Shown here: positions 31,273-32,277 of the stretch, one piece after another
How the letters are laid out: every line of letters begins with the position of its first letter
Numbering within the stretch: position 1 is the first letter of the stretch
Assembly (NCBI GenBank): GCA_964454705.1
Contig: CAYVXU010000009.1
Location: 1 to 32,277, forward strand
From: an uncultured Candidatus Saccharibacteria bacterium
GTDB lineage: Bacteria; Patescibacteriota; Minisyncoccia; CAYVXU01
Length of the DNA stretch: 32,277 nucleotides
Reading direction: 5' to 3'
The notes under the pieces: generated by a model
Told to the model about the DNA's origin: nothing
Database searches by the model: none
What the model saw: the letters and a program-made list of their open reading frames with translations, nothing else
Program-made: the position numbers and the translations under genes

Positions 31273-31290
31273 TACGATAGTGCTATCGTA
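31273..31290. promoter_or_regulatory. 18-bp palindrome 3 nt upstream of the rplS ATG
   Basis: TACGATAG-TG-CTATCGTA (8+8 perfect arms). No SD lies between it and the ATG. Confidence 0.4.
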
Positions 31291-31378
31291 AATCCAAATG
31301 ACCAAATCCAAATTTCAAATTATCGGACATTGAGATTTTGACATTTATTTAACATTTGGATTTTGAAATTTGAAATTC
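31290..31378. repeat. AT-rich imperfect palindrome, subfamily 2, short copy
   Basis: Its reverse complement aligns with 3823-3952 apart from a ~45-nt central deletion. It lies between the RluA-family stop (31386) and the rplS start. Confidence 0.85.
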
Positions 31379-31385
31379 TTGAAAG

Positions 31386-32135
31386 TTAGGCAATGGTAGC
31401 AGGATTTGCCTGATTTCGCAAGTATGCAAGCGCCTTTTGGAAATCATCCGGAAGCGGCGCCTCAAACTCATAGAGCATCCCGGACGGATACTCAAAGGAG
31501 AGTGAGGCTGCATGCAGCATCTGCCGTGTTACTCCCGGAAGATGCGCTTGGCGTTTAAACTTGTACTTCTCATCGCCCACTACCGGGTGACCGATGGATG
31601 CGAGATGCACCCGTATCTGATGCGTGCGCCCGCTTTTAGGAAATACCTCAAGGAGAGTATACTCCGCCTCGCCATCAGACGAGGCTAACGCAAACCGCTC
31701 TTTTACTTTATATTCCGTAACCGCGGTTTTGCGTTTGACCTCTGTATCGGACCGCAGTACTTTCGTTTTTCCCTCTTCCTTTATAAGCGCCGTATCAATA
31801 ACTCCTTTTTCCTGCCGCACCGCACCATACACAAGCGCAAGGTACTTTTTGTGTACCGTCCGCCCCTGAAATGCCGATTTCAGATAGGTAAATGCCTTAC
31901 GCGTCTTCGCAATTACCATTACTCCCGAAGTATCTTTATCAAGCCGGTGTACAATCCCCGGCCGCGTCGTGTCTTCACCTACTTCTTTTATGTGAGGATA
32001 GTTCTCAAGAAGCCAGTCCACAAGCGTTGGCTCATGCGAAGAGGGAGTTGGATGCACCAACAACCCGGATGGCTTGTCTATGATCAGAAAGTTATTACGT
32101 TCATACAGTATTCGAGGATTTTGAGGTGTATGCAT
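31386..32135 (-). CDS. RluA-family pseudouridine synthase
   Basis: HRLDKDTSGVMVIAK catalytic motif and HQIRVHLA. The first ATG is 32135; the track start 32177 is a TTG inside the repeat. Confidence 0.9.
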   Translation of the reverse strand: MHTPQNPRILYERNNFLIIDKPSGLLVHPTPSSHEPTLVDWLLENYPHIKEVGEDTTRPGIVHRLDKDTSGVMVIAKTRKAFTYLKSAFQGRTVHKKYLALVYGAVRQEKGVIDTALIKEEGKTKVLRSDTEVKRKTAVTEYKVKERFALASSDGEAEYTLLEVFPKSGRTHQIRVHLASIGHPVVGDEKYKFKRQAHLPGVTRQMLHAASLSFEYPSGMLYEFEAPLPDDFQKALAYLRNQANPATIA

Positions 32136-32141
32136 GAATCT

Positions 32142-32277
32142 AGAAATTCCAAATCCCAAGCACCAAATTCCAAACAATAATAAAATCCAAATTACCTAAA
32201 TCTCAAACATTTAGACATTTTGGTCATTGGAGATTGAGATTTGCTTGGTATTTGGGATTTGGATTTTGGAATTTCCA
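32142..32277. repeat. AT-rich imperfect palindrome related to subfamily 2 (reaches the window edge)
   Basis: GAAATTCC (32143-32150) pairs with GGAATTTC (32268-32275), and AAATCTCAA pairs with TTGAGATTT near the centre. It shares words with 31290-31378 and starts 7 nt from ATG 32135. Confidence 0.7.

Noticed and set aside
1-32277. Alternative genetic code (for example UGA as a sense codon, as in some candidate phyla).
   Set aside because: TGA, TAA and TAG all terminate well-defined genes at positions matching domain ends and terminators (for example TGA at 7438, 10432, 21939, 22297). Long ORFs are intact under the standard code.

Overview
This is a 32.3-kb, gene-dense bacterial chromosomal segment, transcribed almost entirely on the minus strand. 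It holds about 30 protein genes and 2 tRNAs (Glu-CUC, Leu-GAG). Recognisable content: an ABC exporter pair; envelope/stress genes (SIMPL, PspC, GlsB-type, CE4 deacetylase); two ~950-aa surface proteins rich in Pro/Thr linkers; a HasA/NodC-like processive GT2 synthase + CE4 deacetylase + jelly-roll protein operon (the only multi-gene plus-strand block); ferredoxin + FAD reductase, a P-type ATPase and glutaredoxin; an orphan sensor kinase; archaeal-type AspRS, L19 and an RluA-family pseudouridine synthase. The gene style (archaeal-type AspRS, many small secreted proteins, no biosynthetic operons) suggests an uncultivated small-genome (CPR/Patescibacteria-like) bacterium, but that is inference only. 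I saw no CRISPR, transposase, integrase, phage or known defence genes. The most unusual signals are mostly non-coding. (i) Six 80-135 bp AT-rich imperfect palindromes; four fall into two subfamilies with MITE-like conserved ends, and five of the six lie within about 20 nt of a start codon. (ii) A 66-nt GC-rich multi-hairpin element occurs twice (63/66 identical, inverted); each copy abuts a -35 box and together they bracket the 11-22 kb block. (iii) Four genes are interrupted by the same kind of -1 frame break. (iv) Several promoters have a -10 box only 6-8 nt from the ATG (leaderless geometry). All coordinates of non-ORF features were counted by eye and may be off by 1-2 nt.
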